From an uncultured Acidobacteriota bacterium (GTDB lineage: Bacteria > Acidobacteriota > UBA6911), in contig CAWHCF010000029.1 of NCBI GenBank assembly GCA_963827655.1, forward strand, positions 1-64,000: a stretch of 64,000 nucleotides of DNA, written 5' to 3'. The position numbers and the translations under genes are program-made. The notes under the pieces are model-generated. The model was given only the letters and a program-made list of their open reading frames with translations, did not search any database and had not been told where the DNA came from. Positions 33,785 to 44,040 of the stretch are shown here, one piece after another (the stretch's first letter is position 1; every line of letters starts with the position of its first letter).

Positions 33785-34060
33785 GGTCGAGAGGTACCTT
33801 GTAAGACCGAGCAGTTAGCGCAGGAGTTTTCGGAAGGTCATGTGTGACGGAGACGGGAATTCCAACCAACTCCCGGAGCCCCCTGCACATTGATTTCATT
33901 TTCTTCTTTACAGCCAGAGTTTTCCCGGTCATAAATCATGTTCAGGCCGGATGTATTATAGCGCGCTTGACTTCTTGGCCGCTTTACTCATAATGGCTCT
34001 AGATCTTCGTACCCATTCGTAGAAGCAGCCGTAGTCCCCCCAACGTGCGAGGAGGTTAGG

Positions 34061-37000
34061 GTGTTTAGAAGCGCACGTGGAGCCGGTGAATTCTTCCGAA
34101 TAGGGGCCCTGTGTATTGTAGCGTGTGGGTCTCTCACTGGCTTCGCTGCTTTCCAATCCAGCGAGAACGCAAACAAGCTTAGCCTTTCCGTCTACGTTGA
34201 TGGCGCCCCGCCGGGGCTTGGCGCCTCCGATTTTGCGGTCTCTGCCGGCGATTCCACTTTAAAAGTAGATTCCTCAGTTCCACTCGGTAAATCCCGTCCA
34301 ATTCTGATTATTGTCGATCCAGGTTCTTACAGTCGAACCGAACTCCGGCGCCGGCTTTCCTTGTTGAGCGCTGCCTTGGCCGAACCGACGGCGAGCGGCC
34401 AGGAGCCAGTCCCGCTTCGTTTGGGCTTTCCAATCCTGGATGGGGTCCTGACGGACACGATCACGGATCGAAAATTCCTTGGGAAGAGACTGGATTCAGC
34501 CATCGAGAGTTTCCTTCCAGCCGGACCCGAGTCAGAGACGGGGAATCTCGGGCGGTTCCTCGACCTGGTCGTGGAACTGGTGCGCCGGGCTGAAGAAGCC
34601 GGCGGCCCCGTGGATTGCCTGATTCTCGCGCGCGATCGAGGTTTTCCACCAGAGGAGGCGGATTATTTGAATTGGGGATCTGAGCGTCAGATTCTGAACG
34701 CCTCTACCAGAAAAGGAAGCACTTTTTACGGGTATCTGGACGAGTCGGGAATCATTCAAGACGTCTGCGTCGCCAGTGGCGGGCTGGTTTTTCGCGCGAA
34801 TGAGCCTGCGGACGCGGTGGTGCGCAAGATCATGTCGCGGCGGGCCAGAGGATACACGCTCGCGGTTGAGCGACCCGCGAAATCTGATCGCGAGGGACGA
34901 GTTGGGCTGGGCTTAAAGCTCGAAGGACGCACCGGGGCGGTGCAGGGCCCGCGTGCCTTGTGGCAAAACCCTGGCGGCGGTGCCGTTCCGGATCATTACC
35001 GAATGCGTCAGGCGCTTGATTGGATACGCCGCGCAAAGGAAGCTGAAAAGGACGAAAACCTGACCATCGCCCTCCGGTTCATTGAGATGTGCCTTCAGGA
35101 AGATTCCTGGAATCCTCAGGCTTTCTACCTCGGCGGCAAGATCGCGGCTGATAGCGGAGACCTCAACCTGGCTGCCTCCTACCTGACACGTGCGGTAACC
35201 TCCGGGGTTCCCAGTGAGCCTGCTCTCCTGCTCTACGGTCGCGTATTGGATAGACTCGGCCGACCACGCGAGGCTCTGGGAGCCTTTCAGGCCTCGCTGA
35301 GCTCGGGGCTCAGCGCCTCACCTGCGATCAATCTCCAAATGGCCCGGTTGCTGGCATCCAATCGCCAGCATGACGAGGCGCGGCAGGCGTTCGAATCGGT
35401 GCTTGGCAGCGAAGTCGATGATGATGCGACACGGGCGGACTACGGGAAAACCCTCTGGCTTTCCGGTAACAAGACTGCGGCCGCCGAGCAATACCGCCTG
35501 GCGCTTTCGAAAAACCCTGTGAATGCCGCCGCACTCATACATTTTTCCGCAGTCGCGTCGTCTGAGGGGGATGAGAAGGAAGCCTTGGATCTGGGGCTGC
35601 GTGCCCTGAAGGCCCATCCGAAAAACCCCGACACGCACGCGCACATGGGAGAGCTGTATGGCGAACGCGAGAAATGGGGCCCTGCGGTTGATTACTATCG
35701 AGCGGCCCTTGCGCTCGCACCAGGCCGGCGTGACATCACGGCTCGGCTCGTCGATGTACTGGTCCGAGCCGGACGGCCCGGCGAGTCGCTGGATTTATTG
35801 CGCAAGGAGCTGGAGTCTAATCCCTCCGACATCGATGCCTACCGCGCTCTAGCGGGGATTCAGGCAAAGAGCGGCCAACTCACCGAGGCTGTCGCTACCC
35901 TCGAGGGTGGAGCCGCACAGGCGTCGAAGGAAGCTCACGTTCTCTACCGCGATGCAGCGGTGCTGCGGGAGCGGCGCGGAGAGTATGGACAGGCCTTGCT
36001 GGACTATCGTGCCATGCTGAAATCCGTAGGATCCGAAGCTGCTCGCACGGTCGAGAATTCCCTGTCTCAACACCTCGCTTTTCTCTCGCTTTCCGTCAAC
36101 AGTGGAAGTTCCGCGGACAAGGAGCTGGGACCGGGCGCCGAGTTTCTGCCCAAGTTAGAGCCGACGCCGGCGGCTGCTGAAGAAAGTCGTAGTGAAGGAG
36201 AATTGGTCGTTCCGGGAGGCCTCACGCTCCTGGCGAGCACTCTGGGAGTAGAGGTCGGCTGGTTGCGAGAGCCCGAGGCGACCGAGCGTGTTTTTTCGTT
36301 CATGTTGGAGGTGAGCCCCAGTCACAGCGAGCGCCTGCAGGATAACCCGTTGCGCCGCGACCTGATTGCCTACCTTCGCAACTATGATGATCTGATCAAC
36401 CACATGCGCAAGCGCGGGTTATTACCCGCAGAGTTCGATCCCTTCAAGGGACATGAGTTTGTTTTTCCTTTGATAGGACCAGAGCCCGAGCTCAAGAAAA
36501 CCCAGCAGTTTCTCTCATTCTTTGGCGTGGGCCTGAAGGTCAAGCGATCCGGAGACGACTTTTCCGTCAACCTGACGCTCAAGGAGAACCGAGGCGCGAC
36601 GGAACGGCAACAGCTTTTGCGGAACCTGGGGATCAATCTGCTGGATCGAAATCTTCGGGAGCTTCGAGTAAGGCTCCGCAATGACAAGCTCCCGCTCCTT
36701 TACGATGAGCAGACGTGGTCCGGTAAAATCCTTGCCAATGAAAAAGCAAAATCAAAACAGTTGCTTGGGCGTCTGGTTCTGAGCGCCCGCGCAATGAACC
36801 TCTATGTCGCCCTGGCTGGGTGTTCAGACGCCACCCGGGATGGCTTGATTAAATCCACCGGTCCCGGGGAGCTGTTGAGCATGTCGGAGGCATTATCCAC
36901 CTTCGGGCGCCATCTCGATTTCAAAGATGGTCAGCTGGTCGTGCCCGGGCGACGGGAGACCTGGGAGGAGTTCCTGAGTGCGAAGGGGGGTGCGCAGGGA

Positions 37001-39424
37001 AGCATGGTGTCCAGCTTGCTCCGGCGGGATCAAGGAAAGGGACTACTCCTCTACTACTCTCTGTCGGTTGCTCCGAAACCCGTCCAGGATTTTTTCACAG
37101 CCTCGCCCCAGCGACTGAACGACATTTACCAGACCGTGGCGCTGGGCGCGTCGATTCGCCCGGCGTCCAGCGCCTCTGGCGCAGGGAAGCAGGACCCGGG
37201 GCGCATTCTGCGCCAGTTCTCAGCCGACAGCCAGGGACTTCTTCTTTCGTTAGACCAGCGTTTCGGGAAGTTTCTAACGCCTGGTCCTGTCACTGACGAC
37301 GCCTCCAAGGCGGCCGACACCGCAGGCATGCTGCGTGTCAGTCCAAAGCAGTTGCCCAAGCTGCTGGACCAGGGAACCTCTCCCAGTCCAGCTTTGTATC
37401 TTTCGGTCGTGGACACGGTGGAGTTTCTTAAATATGTCCAGTCGGAGAATCCGGCAATTTTAACCGAGGCCTCGATCGCAGCGATCATGCTTGATCCGGC
37501 GCTGACGCCGTCGTTGCTGGATCTGGTTTGGGATCTCAATCCTTCGCCAGAGCTATCGGTCAAATATCTGGCCTATTGCCGTGAGCTCGCGCAATCAGCC
37601 AAATCGACCTGGAACGCCAACAAGAATCGTACCTCTCAGTCGTTATTTTATCTTCTCTCACTCCTGTACCGTGAAGGGACCCTCTCGGCGGAGAACGCGA
37701 GAAAACTTCTTGAAGCGGCTCTCGAACGGCTTTCCTCGCCTGACGAGGGAACTTTTGCCATGGAAGTATCGCGTTTTCTAACCGAGCAATTTCTGCCTGC
37801 AGTAAAGCAGTCTCTCCCCGCGGGCCGTGAAGGCGCAGAGCTGGTTCTGCAAGGTCTCGCCGGCACGAATCAACCTCGGGAGTTCATATTTGAAGGAAAG
37901 CAGCTCCAGCTCGATCTGACCGGGTACAAGCTCCAGCGGATGAAAACCGCGATCCAGCAGCAAGTCTATACGCCGCTCGAGCAGCTCCTTGAGATTTACG
38001 CCGCTTTACTGGAGTTGCAGTCAGGCAAGCCTGCAGCCAGCGCTCTTCAAAGTCTGGAAAAAGGCTTAAGGGAAACCAAGGGCGCGGAGTTTTCAATTCG
38101 ATCCAAAGGGCTGACAGTTCCGGAGAACACGAAGGCTCTGAAACAGTCGGTTGCGCACGTGGAAATCGAGCCGCTGCGACAGAAAGTGGTTCTTCTATCG
38201 CAGGGGAACCAGGGCCAGGGAAGTACGTCGAAGCTGGCCTCGGAAATCGCCGCGGCGCTCCATACCGAGCTGGGGATCACTCTTTTGAGCTACTGCTACG
38301 CTTACCATGGATCTCCTGAAACCGACGCTCTGGCCTTCGATCCGAACTTCGTTCGGAAGCATGACTTCTCCGGCCAGGGTTTGCGTGCGGATACCGCATG
38401 GGGAGCAACTCGCCTGGAGCAGAAAGAAGGAGTGGGTACCTCCTTTGCGGGATCGGTCTCCGGTCTCGGCTTTGAGCTGAGTCGTCTGGAGACTGCCCAG
38501 TCGGTCCAGAGTTTCGGAAGGAGAGAGGGAAGGGGCTTGGTGCCGACGCTCCTCACCGGGATGCGAATAATCCGGCCCTCGCTGCGAAGCGACCGGGCGC
38601 AGGAGTATGTCGCCCTTTCCGTGAGGCTGGGACGCGAGGTTCTGGCTTTGTCGGCTGTGAACGCGAATCTCCGCCTCTGGTGTGAGAACTTTCTCCGGAC
38701 CCTGGTGTCACCGCGGCGGCGGGAGCGCGCGCTGCAGCTGGTACAGGAGGGGAATGCCCGGGCTGCCAGCGCGATTCTTTCGGCGTCCGAACTGTTCTTT
38801 ATCGGAGAAGCTTATCTGACTTCCTCCCAGGGACTGCCGCCTCGCTCGCCTTCGTCTGACATCGCAGGCGTCGAGGCGGGAAACAGCGGTTCGGCCGACG
38901 GGATTTCGGGGAACAGCCCCAATGGAAATGGCTCCGCTCATGGGTTGCCGTCAATCGAATCCTCGCTCGACGTCGATTGCCCGGTACTGGTCCGCATCAA
39001 AGAGATCATTCCAGCCCAAGGGAGCAGCGAGGCTCGCCAGTTTCGTCGTGAAGTCGAACAGTATGGCATCCTGCTGCGACGGCGCTTGGGTTTAAGCCAG
39101 CTCTCGTTCTCGCTGGCAGACTCGTACGAGCAGCTGGAAAGGAACTCCAGAGAGGAGCTCCTTTACGAGCGCATTTGCGATCTGAAGATCAAGATTGCCG
39201 AACTCAGCTACTCGCTCGGCCTTCCCGCGTACCTGGGTGAAGTCCTGGGAGAGCTGGCAGTCCGGGATATCCTTCCTCAATCGGCTGCGGTTCGCACGAA
39301 TAGCTGGAAGCTCGCCCTGGAGCAGATTGGGCGACTCGAGCCGGAGAATGCGCGCAATTGGGTTGAAGAACTACTGAACCGGGGAATCCTCGCCATACTA
39401 ACAAAGACTGCTGCTGAAAAATAA
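34061..39424 (+). CDS. Very large (about 1790 aa) exported TPR-containing protein
   Basis: Uninterrupted ORF; hydrophobic N-terminus; TPR block at about aa 320-660; long C-terminal region not recognised. Confidence 0.85.
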   Translation: MFRSARGAGEFFRIGALCIVACGSLTGFAAFQSSENANKLSLSVYVDGAPPGLGASDFAVSAGDSTLKVDSSVPLGKSRPILIIVDPGSYSRTELRRRLSLLSAALAEPTASGQEPVPLRLGFPILDGVLTDTITDRKFLGKRLDSAIESFLPAGPESETGNLGRFLDLVVELVRRAEEAGGPVDCLILARDRGFPPEEADYLNWGSERQILNASTRKGSTFYGYLDESGIIQDVCVASGGLVFRANEPADAVVRKIMSRRARGYTLAVERPAKSDREGRVGLGLKLEGRTGAVQGPRALWQNPGGGAVPDHYRMRQALDWIRRAKEAEKDENLTIALRFIEMCLQEDSWNPQAFYLGGKIAADSGDLNLAASYLTRAVTSGVPSEPALLLYGRVLDRLGRPREALGAFQASLSSGLSASPAINLQMARLLASNRQHDEARQAFESVLGSEVDDDATRADYGKTLWLSGNKTAAAEQYRLALSKNPVNAAALIHFSAVASSEGDEKEALDLGLRALKAHPKNPDTHAHMGELYGEREKWGPAVDYYRAALALAPGRRDITARLVDVLVRAGRPGESLDLLRKELESNPSDIDAYRALAGIQAKSGQLTEAVATLEGGAAQASKEAHVLYRDAAVLRERRGEYGQALLDYRAMLKSVGSEAARTVENSLSQHLAFLSLSVNSGSSADKELGPGAEFLPKLEPTPAAAEESRSEGELVVPGGLTLLASTLGVEVGWLREPEATERVFSFMLEVSPSHSERLQDNPLRRDLIAYLRNYDDLINHMRKRGLLPAEFDPFKGHEFVFPLIGPEPELKKTQQFLSFFGVGLKVKRSGDDFSVNLTLKENRGATERQQLLRNLGINLLDRNLRELRVRLRNDKLPLLYDEQTWSGKILANEKAKSKQLLGRLVLSARAMNLYVALAGCSDATRDGLIKSTGPGELLSMSEALSTFGRHLDFKDGQLVVPGRRETWEEFLSAKGGAQGSMVSSLLRRDQGKGLLLYYSLSVAPKPVQDFFTASPQRLNDIYQTVALGASIRPASSASGAGKQDPGRILRQFSADSQGLLLSLDQRFGKFLTPGPVTDDASKAADTAGMLRVSPKQLPKLLDQGTSPSPALYLSVVDTVEFLKYVQSENPAILTEASIAAIMLDPALTPSLLDLVWDLNPSPELSVKYLAYCRELAQSAKSTWNANKNRTSQSLFYLLSLLYREGTLSAENARKLLEAALERLSSPDEGTFAMEVSRFLTEQFLPAVKQSLPAGREGAELVLQGLAGTNQPREFIFEGKQLQLDLTGYKLQRMKTAIQQQVYTPLEQLLEIYAALLELQSGKPAASALQSLEKGLRETKGAEFSIRSKGLTVPENTKALKQSVAHVEIEPLRQKVVLLSQGNQGQGSTSKLASEIAAALHTELGITLLSYCYAYHGSPETDALAFDPNFVRKHDFSGQGLRADTAWGATRLEQKEGVGTSFAGSVSGLGFELSRLETAQSVQSFGRREGRGLVPTLLTGMRIIRPSLRSDRAQEYVALSVRLGREVLALSAVNANLRLWCENFLRTLVSPRRRERALQLVQEGNARAASAILSASELFFIGEAYLTSSQGLPPRSPSSDIAGVEAGNSGSADGISGNSPNGNGSAHGLPSIESSLDVDCPVLVRIKEIIPAQGSSEARQFRREVEQYGILLRRRLGLSQLSFSLADSYEQLERNSREELLYERICDLKIKIAELSYSLGLPAYLGEVLGELAVRDILPQSAAVRTNSWKLALEQIGRLEPENARNWVEELLNRGILAILTKTAAEK

Positions 39425-39433
39425 GGAGCTGTC

Positions 39434-42388
39434 ATGACCTGTCGCAATGCTCTTATCCTTTTCTTGATGGCCCTCACTTGTTTGGCGAATCCGGCTGTTT
39501 CCCAGGATCCAAAACCCGAAGCGGAACCTCAGGATCTCACCTATCGCGTACAGTCGCAGCTCGTCCAGATTTACTTGACAGTAACCGAAGGAACCCAGCG
39601 GATAAGCGACCTGAAGCAGTCAGATTTTTCGGTTTCGGAGGACGGTGTTGCAAAAGACATAGATCGCCTCGACAGCGGGACGGTTCCGCTTCAGGTAGCG
39701 CTCCTGCTCGATACCAGCGAAAGCATGCGCGAAGCCCTGCCCAGCACGCAAGAAGCCGCAGCCTACTTCGTCGAGTCGTTGAGCGTCCGCGATCGCGTTA
39801 CGTTGGTTCCGTTCAATTCCGACATTCGGAGCATTCATCAACTCTCCGACGATCGCGCGCCGATCCTGCACGCGATCCGGAGTACTCAAGCGGTTGGCGG
39901 AACGAAACTTTATGACGCGCTCCTTTTTGCCATGAAGCATCTGAGCGGCAAGGAGGGGCGAAAGGCGATCGTGGCATTCTCGGACGGAGAGGACACGGCG
40001 CGAAGCTCATCGCTCAATATCGTGATGGCTGCTGCCGCGCGCTATGGTTTCCCGATCTATACCATCGGGGCCGGCGCGGGTCTACGCCGGGATTCTCTCA
40101 AACGGGTGATGCGCCAGCTCGCCGACATCAACAGCGGCAAGATGTATGTGGTTGAAGACCCGCGTGACTTGCGCGAAGCATTTACCGAGGTCTCCTCCGA
40201 GCTGAGCTCCGCCTACGTGCTGAATTACTACACACAGGTTCCCTTCGATGGGCGCTGGCACGACGTCAAAATCTCGCTTTCGAACCCGAAATATCGTGTG
40301 CATTGTCGCAGGGGTTTTTATGCCAAGGCCGGCGGCTCAAGCGCTCTGTTGACGGATCTGGGAGAAAATGACCGAAAACGCACCTTCAACGTGCGCGATT
40401 ATGCGGATGCTCCCGAGGGAGCCGCCAAGGTTGCAGCCACCGAGGTTCTCAAGACCCCGGTTTCGATGCGCGAGCTTGAGGCGAGTCCGCTCCGTAGTTC
40501 AGCTCCGGCCGCCGGACAGAGTGGGACTCAATCAAAGACTCCGGTCTTCAAGGTAGAGTCCCGCTTCGTGGAGGTTCCCGTCATCGTCGAAAGTCCGACT
40601 GGACGGGAATTGCCATTGCTCACGGAGAAAGACTTCCGCGTCTACGAAGACGATTCCCTGAGGGAGATTGCCTTCTTCAGCCGGGACATCGCCACGCAAA
40701 ACCTGTCGCAGCTGAGAGACAAGGCGATGAAAAAAGTGGGCGCGCCGGAAAGCTCTGTGACTTTGTCCAGCGACGGCGACAACGTACTCCTGGGTCGCTA
40801 CTACCTGGTGCTGGATGACATGATGTCGGATGTCTCCTCCTTTCTCCAGACCAAGACAGCCGCCGAGAAAATTGTCCGGGAGTTTCATAGTCCTCTGCGC
40901 CCGGTTTCCCTCCATTTCACGAGTCAGGCTCAAGCGGATATCCTGGCTCAAGACAGCCTGGAGATCATGCTCCAGAAGATTCGCAAGTCGCTTCCGCGCG
41001 CGAGCCGAGAGCTGACCACGAGCGACAATATCATGAGCGTCTATGAGGCATACCTGATCGAACGCGGGGACACGCAGGCGACCCAGTTGGCGGAGCTGCG
41101 CTATGCCTCCAGCCTTTTGCTGCGATACAAGAATGACCTTGGGGAAGTGGAGGGACAGGAAGTAGCCAGCCCGGAGATGGTCATCAATTCGGTTCAGAAC
41201 ACCAGCCGCCAGCTGGTCGCGTCAAATTTCGCGCAGCTTACACGCGCCCTCGATGGTCTGCGCGCCGTGGTGGCGGCAGCCACATCCGATCCGGGGACTC
41301 ATCCCAAAACCGCCATCTTCCTCTCCTCCGGTTTCTCTCTAGGCCGCACGAGCGCGCGGGGCGACATGGCCGGGATGCTCGACAACATTATTGCCGCAGC
41401 GAAGCGAAGCACTGTGAAGGTCAATGCCATTGACGCGGCCGGTCTTACGGTCGATGAATCTCTGGGGATCGGGGCCAATGGCGCCTTCCTGGTGCGCAAT
41501 CCTCACCTGAGTTCAATCCTGGCCGAACATGCCCGAAGCTGGCACAGCGATAAGCAGTCCCCGCTGTTTCAGATGGCCTCCGAAACAGGAGGCAAATTCG
41601 TTCATTCGAACAACGACCTGGCTTCCGCCGCTTCCACGGTGATGCGGTCTTCCGGGCAGCTCTACTACCTCGGGTACCTTTCCAAGCAGCCTGCCGACGG
41701 TCGTTTCCACCGAATTCGCGTCACCAGCTCATTGAGCACGGCAAAGATCCACGCGCGCAAAGGGTATATTGCCGGGCGACAAAACGCGCCCGAGACGCTG
41801 GCTGCTACCAGTCCCGAGGGAGAGGACTGGGAAGGACTTCTGGTTCGAGCCAATGAGGCTCGCAAGAACGGGGACATGAAGGAACTCGCTGCCAGCCTGG
41901 AGGCCCTGGTGCGCCGATTTCCGAACGAGTCGAACTTCTGGTTCAACCTGGGCGCGGCTCATTTGAAGCTCGGGAATCCCCTGCGCGCGGTCGAGGTGTT
42001 GCAAAAGGCGTTTGCGCTTTCGCCGGATGACAAAACCATTGCGCTGACTCTTTCGCAGGCATTCATGGCTTCAGGTTCTCCTGACGCGGCTAGCGAGACC
42101 CTGGAGATCATGGCTCGCCGCCATCCGCGCGATGTGGACCTGCTTATGCTGCTTGGGCGAGTCTACGAATCGGATTCCCGGGTCGAACAGGCCTACGAAA
42201 CATACCGCAGAATCCTTGATCTTTCGCTGGCGCCTCCCCTCGACCTCTATGTTCTTTTGACACGCACGTCTATGCGCTTGGGACGGCGCGTGGAAGCGGG
42301 GCTGTTTATTGATGATTTCCTGAGACGGGGTGGATCGGCCGGGCAGATCGAAGCCTGGCGCCAGGTCCTCGGTCCGGCTTCGCAATAG
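39434..42388 (+). CDS. VWA domain protein (two VWFA-Acidobacterial-type modules + C-terminal TPR)
   Basis: Signal peptide; MIDAS LLDTSESM, GTKLYDA, FSDGED; DGRWHDVKI and DGRFHRIRV, each followed by R.G.Y. Confidence 0.88.
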   Translation: MTCRNALILFLMALTCLANPAVSQDPKPEAEPQDLTYRVQSQLVQIYLTVTEGTQRISDLKQSDFSVSEDGVAKDIDRLDSGTVPLQVALLLDTSESMREALPSTQEAAAYFVESLSVRDRVTLVPFNSDIRSIHQLSDDRAPILHAIRSTQAVGGTKLYDALLFAMKHLSGKEGRKAIVAFSDGEDTARSSSLNIVMAAAARYGFPIYTIGAGAGLRRDSLKRVMRQLADINSGKMYVVEDPRDLREAFTEVSSELSSAYVLNYYTQVPFDGRWHDVKISLSNPKYRVHCRRGFYAKAGGSSALLTDLGENDRKRTFNVRDYADAPEGAAKVAATEVLKTPVSMRELEASPLRSSAPAAGQSGTQSKTPVFKVESRFVEVPVIVESPTGRELPLLTEKDFRVYEDDSLREIAFFSRDIATQNLSQLRDKAMKKVGAPESSVTLSSDGDNVLLGRYYLVLDDMMSDVSSFLQTKTAAEKIVREFHSPLRPVSLHFTSQAQADILAQDSLEIMLQKIRKSLPRASRELTTSDNIMSVYEAYLIERGDTQATQLAELRYASSLLLRYKNDLGEVEGQEVASPEMVINSVQNTSRQLVASNFAQLTRALDGLRAVVAAATSDPGTHPKTAIFLSSGFSLGRTSARGDMAGMLDNIIAAAKRSTVKVNAIDAAGLTVDESLGIGANGAFLVRNPHLSSILAEHARSWHSDKQSPLFQMASETGGKFVHSNNDLASAASTVMRSSGQLYYLGYLSKQPADGRFHRIRVTSSLSTAKIHARKGYIAGRQNAPETLAATSPEGEDWEGLLVRANEARKNGDMKELAASLEALVRRFPNESNFWFNLGAAHLKLGNPLRAVEVLQKAFALSPDDKTIALTLSQAFMASGSPDAASETLEIMARRHPRDVDLLMLLGRVYESDSRVEQAYETYRRILDLSLAPPLDLYVLLTRTSMRLGRRVEAGLFIDDFLRRGGSAGQIEAWRQVLGPASQ

Positions 42389-42417
42389 GACAGGGCGGGC
42401 CGTCCCAGAGAAGGAAC

Positions 42418-42446
42418 TTGACACAATCCATGATACACGGTACAAA
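42418..42446 (+). promoter_or_regulatory. Sigma70 promoter of the siroheme operon
   Basis: TTGACA-N17-TACAAA. Confidence 0.7.
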
Positions 42447-42468
42447 ACTTGAGTCAGGTTATAAGGAT

Positions 42469-42543
42469 ATGACGAGATTCTGCCACATTCTTACTTGTTG
42501 TTGTAGCGGGCGCCATGCGTCGGTGGCAGATGGCGTAACTTAA
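42469..42543 (+). CDS. Cys-rich attenuator leader peptide MTRFCHILTCCCSGRHASVADGVT
   Basis: 24 codons with TGC and three consecutive TGT; lies between promoter and terminator. Confidence 0.7.
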   Translation: MTRFCHILTCCCSGRHASVADGVT

Positions 42544-42567
42544 TCCCTGGGAAATGCAGCACTCTTG

Positions 42568-42603
42568 AGCCCGCCACCGGCAATTGCTGGTGGCGGGCTT
42601 TTT
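42568..42603 (+). terminator. Intrinsic terminator (attenuator) upstream of the siroheme genes
   Basis: 14-bp stem AGCCCGCCACCGGC-AATT-GCTGGTGGCGGGCT (one G-U pair) followed by a U-rich tract. Confidence 0.85.
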
Positions 42604-42608
42604 ATTTT

Positions 42609-43244
42609 ATGAAGCTTTATCCGGTTCATCTCAAGCTCGAAGGCAAGCAGGCGCTCGTGGTTGGCGGCGGGGAAGTGGCTTCTGTCAAAGCCCGCGCACT
42701 ACTCGAAGGGGGCGCGGTCGTGAAAATCGTTGCGCCGCATTGTTCGGACGAGATGCGTACCCTGATCGAGACTTTTCACCTTTCCTGCGAGCTGCGGCCG
42801 TTCGTGGCCGCGGATTTGAACGATGTCTGGATTGTGGTAGCGGCGACCGGCGATCCGGAATTGCATGAACTGATTTTTCGAGAGGCGACCGCGAGAAACT
42901 TGCTGCTGTGCGTCGCGGATGATCCCGCGCACTCGAACTTCATTGTGCCGGCCGTGCTTCGAAGAGACGAGCTGGTGGTAACGGTTTCGACGTCGGGAAA
43001 GGCTCCGGCGCTGGCAGCAAGGATCCGGGACTACCTGGGAGAGATTCTGGGCGAACAGTACGGGCAGGTTCTGAAACGGCTGGGCACTACACGCGAGCGA
43101 CTTAAAGCGCAATACCCGGATTTTGCGCGCCGCCGGGAAGCGTGGTATCGACTTCTGGATACAGAGGTCATGCCGCAACTTCGGCGCGGAGAACTGCCCA
43201 GCCTGGAGGCGAGAGGGCAGGACTCCAGGGAGAGCGCAGGATGA
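42609..43244 (+). CDS. Precorrin-2 dehydrogenase / sirohydrochlorin ferrochelatase (SirC / CysG N-terminal type)
   Basis: YPVHLKLEGKQALVVGGGEVA, VAATGD, DDP..SNFIVPA, STSGKAPALA. Confidence 0.9.
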   Translation: MKLYPVHLKLEGKQALVVGGGEVASVKARALLEGGAVVKIVAPHCSDEMRTLIETFHLSCELRPFVAADLNDVWIVVAATGDPELHELIFREATARNLLLCVADDPAHSNFIVPAVLRRDELVVTVSTSGKAPALAARIRDYLGEILGEQYGQVLKRLGTTRERLKAQYPDFARRREAWYRLLDTEVMPQLRRGELPSLEARGQDSRESAG

Positions 43245-43999
43245 ACGGGAAGGTATTTATCGTCGGCGCGGGACCTGGTGACCCAGGGCTGATCACAATG
43301 CGAGGCTTGCAGTGCATCCGCGCGGCCGACGTGCTCGTGTATGACCGGCTGGTCCATCCCTCGTTGTTGAAGGAAGCTCCCGCTCATGCCGAGCATGTCT
43401 ATGTCGGGAAGGAGGCGGACCACCATACCCTGGATCAAGAGAGCATCAATGAGCTTCTGGCGATGCACGCAATGCTGGGACGGAACGTGGTTCGGCTCAA
43501 GGGGGGAGATCCCTTCGTTTTCGGCAGGGGGGGAGAGGAAGCAGTCTTTCTAGCCGAGAGAGGAATATGCTTCGAAGTAGTTCCCGGCATCAGTAGCGCC
43601 ATCGCAGTACCCGCTTTTGCGGGCATCCCGATCACGCAACGGGGCGTCTCGAGCAGCTTTGCCGTGGTTACGGGTCATCTGTGCGGGAAAGAACTTCCGG
43701 TTGATTATGCTGCCATGCTTCGGAGCGTCGGTACCCTCGTGATTCTGATGGGGGTTCGCAGTTTTCCTACGATTGCCAGGCAGCTCCTGGACGGCGCGAT
43801 CGACAAATCAACTCCGGTCGCATTCATCGAGCAGGGAACACACGAATCGCAGCGTACCCTGGTGACGACACTCGAGAACGCGATCCGGGACAGTCGCGAG
43901 GTGCAGCCGCCTGCTGTCATAGTCATCGGCCACGTCGTATCGTTGCGTGAACAGATCGAATGGTTTCACGAAGCAGCGCGCGCTTCCACTTGCCGCTGA
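43241..43999 (+). CDS. cobA: Uroporphyrinogen-III C-methyltransferase
   Basis: VGAGPGDPGLIT, YDRLV, RLKGGDPFVFGRGGEE, VPGISS. Confidence 0.93.
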   Translation: MNGKVFIVGAGPGDPGLITMRGLQCIRAADVLVYDRLVHPSLLKEAPAHAEHVYVGKEADHHTLDQESINELLAMHAMLGRNVVRLKGGDPFVFGRGGEEAVFLAERGICFEVVPGISSAIAVPAFAGIPITQRGVSSSFAVVTGHLCGKELPVDYAAMLRSVGTLVILMGVRSFPTIARQLLDGAIDKSTPVAFIEQGTHESQRTLVTTLENAIRDSREVQPPAVIVIGHVVSLREQIEWFHEAARASTCR

Positions 44000-44004
44000 G
44001 ACCC

Positions 44005-44040
44005 CAATCGTCAATCGTCAATCGTCAATCGTAAATCGTC
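44005..44040. repeat. (CAATCGT)x5 heptamer array between convergent genes
   Basis: Seen directly; same unit as 32968-33001, including the AAATCGT variant. Confidence 0.85.
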
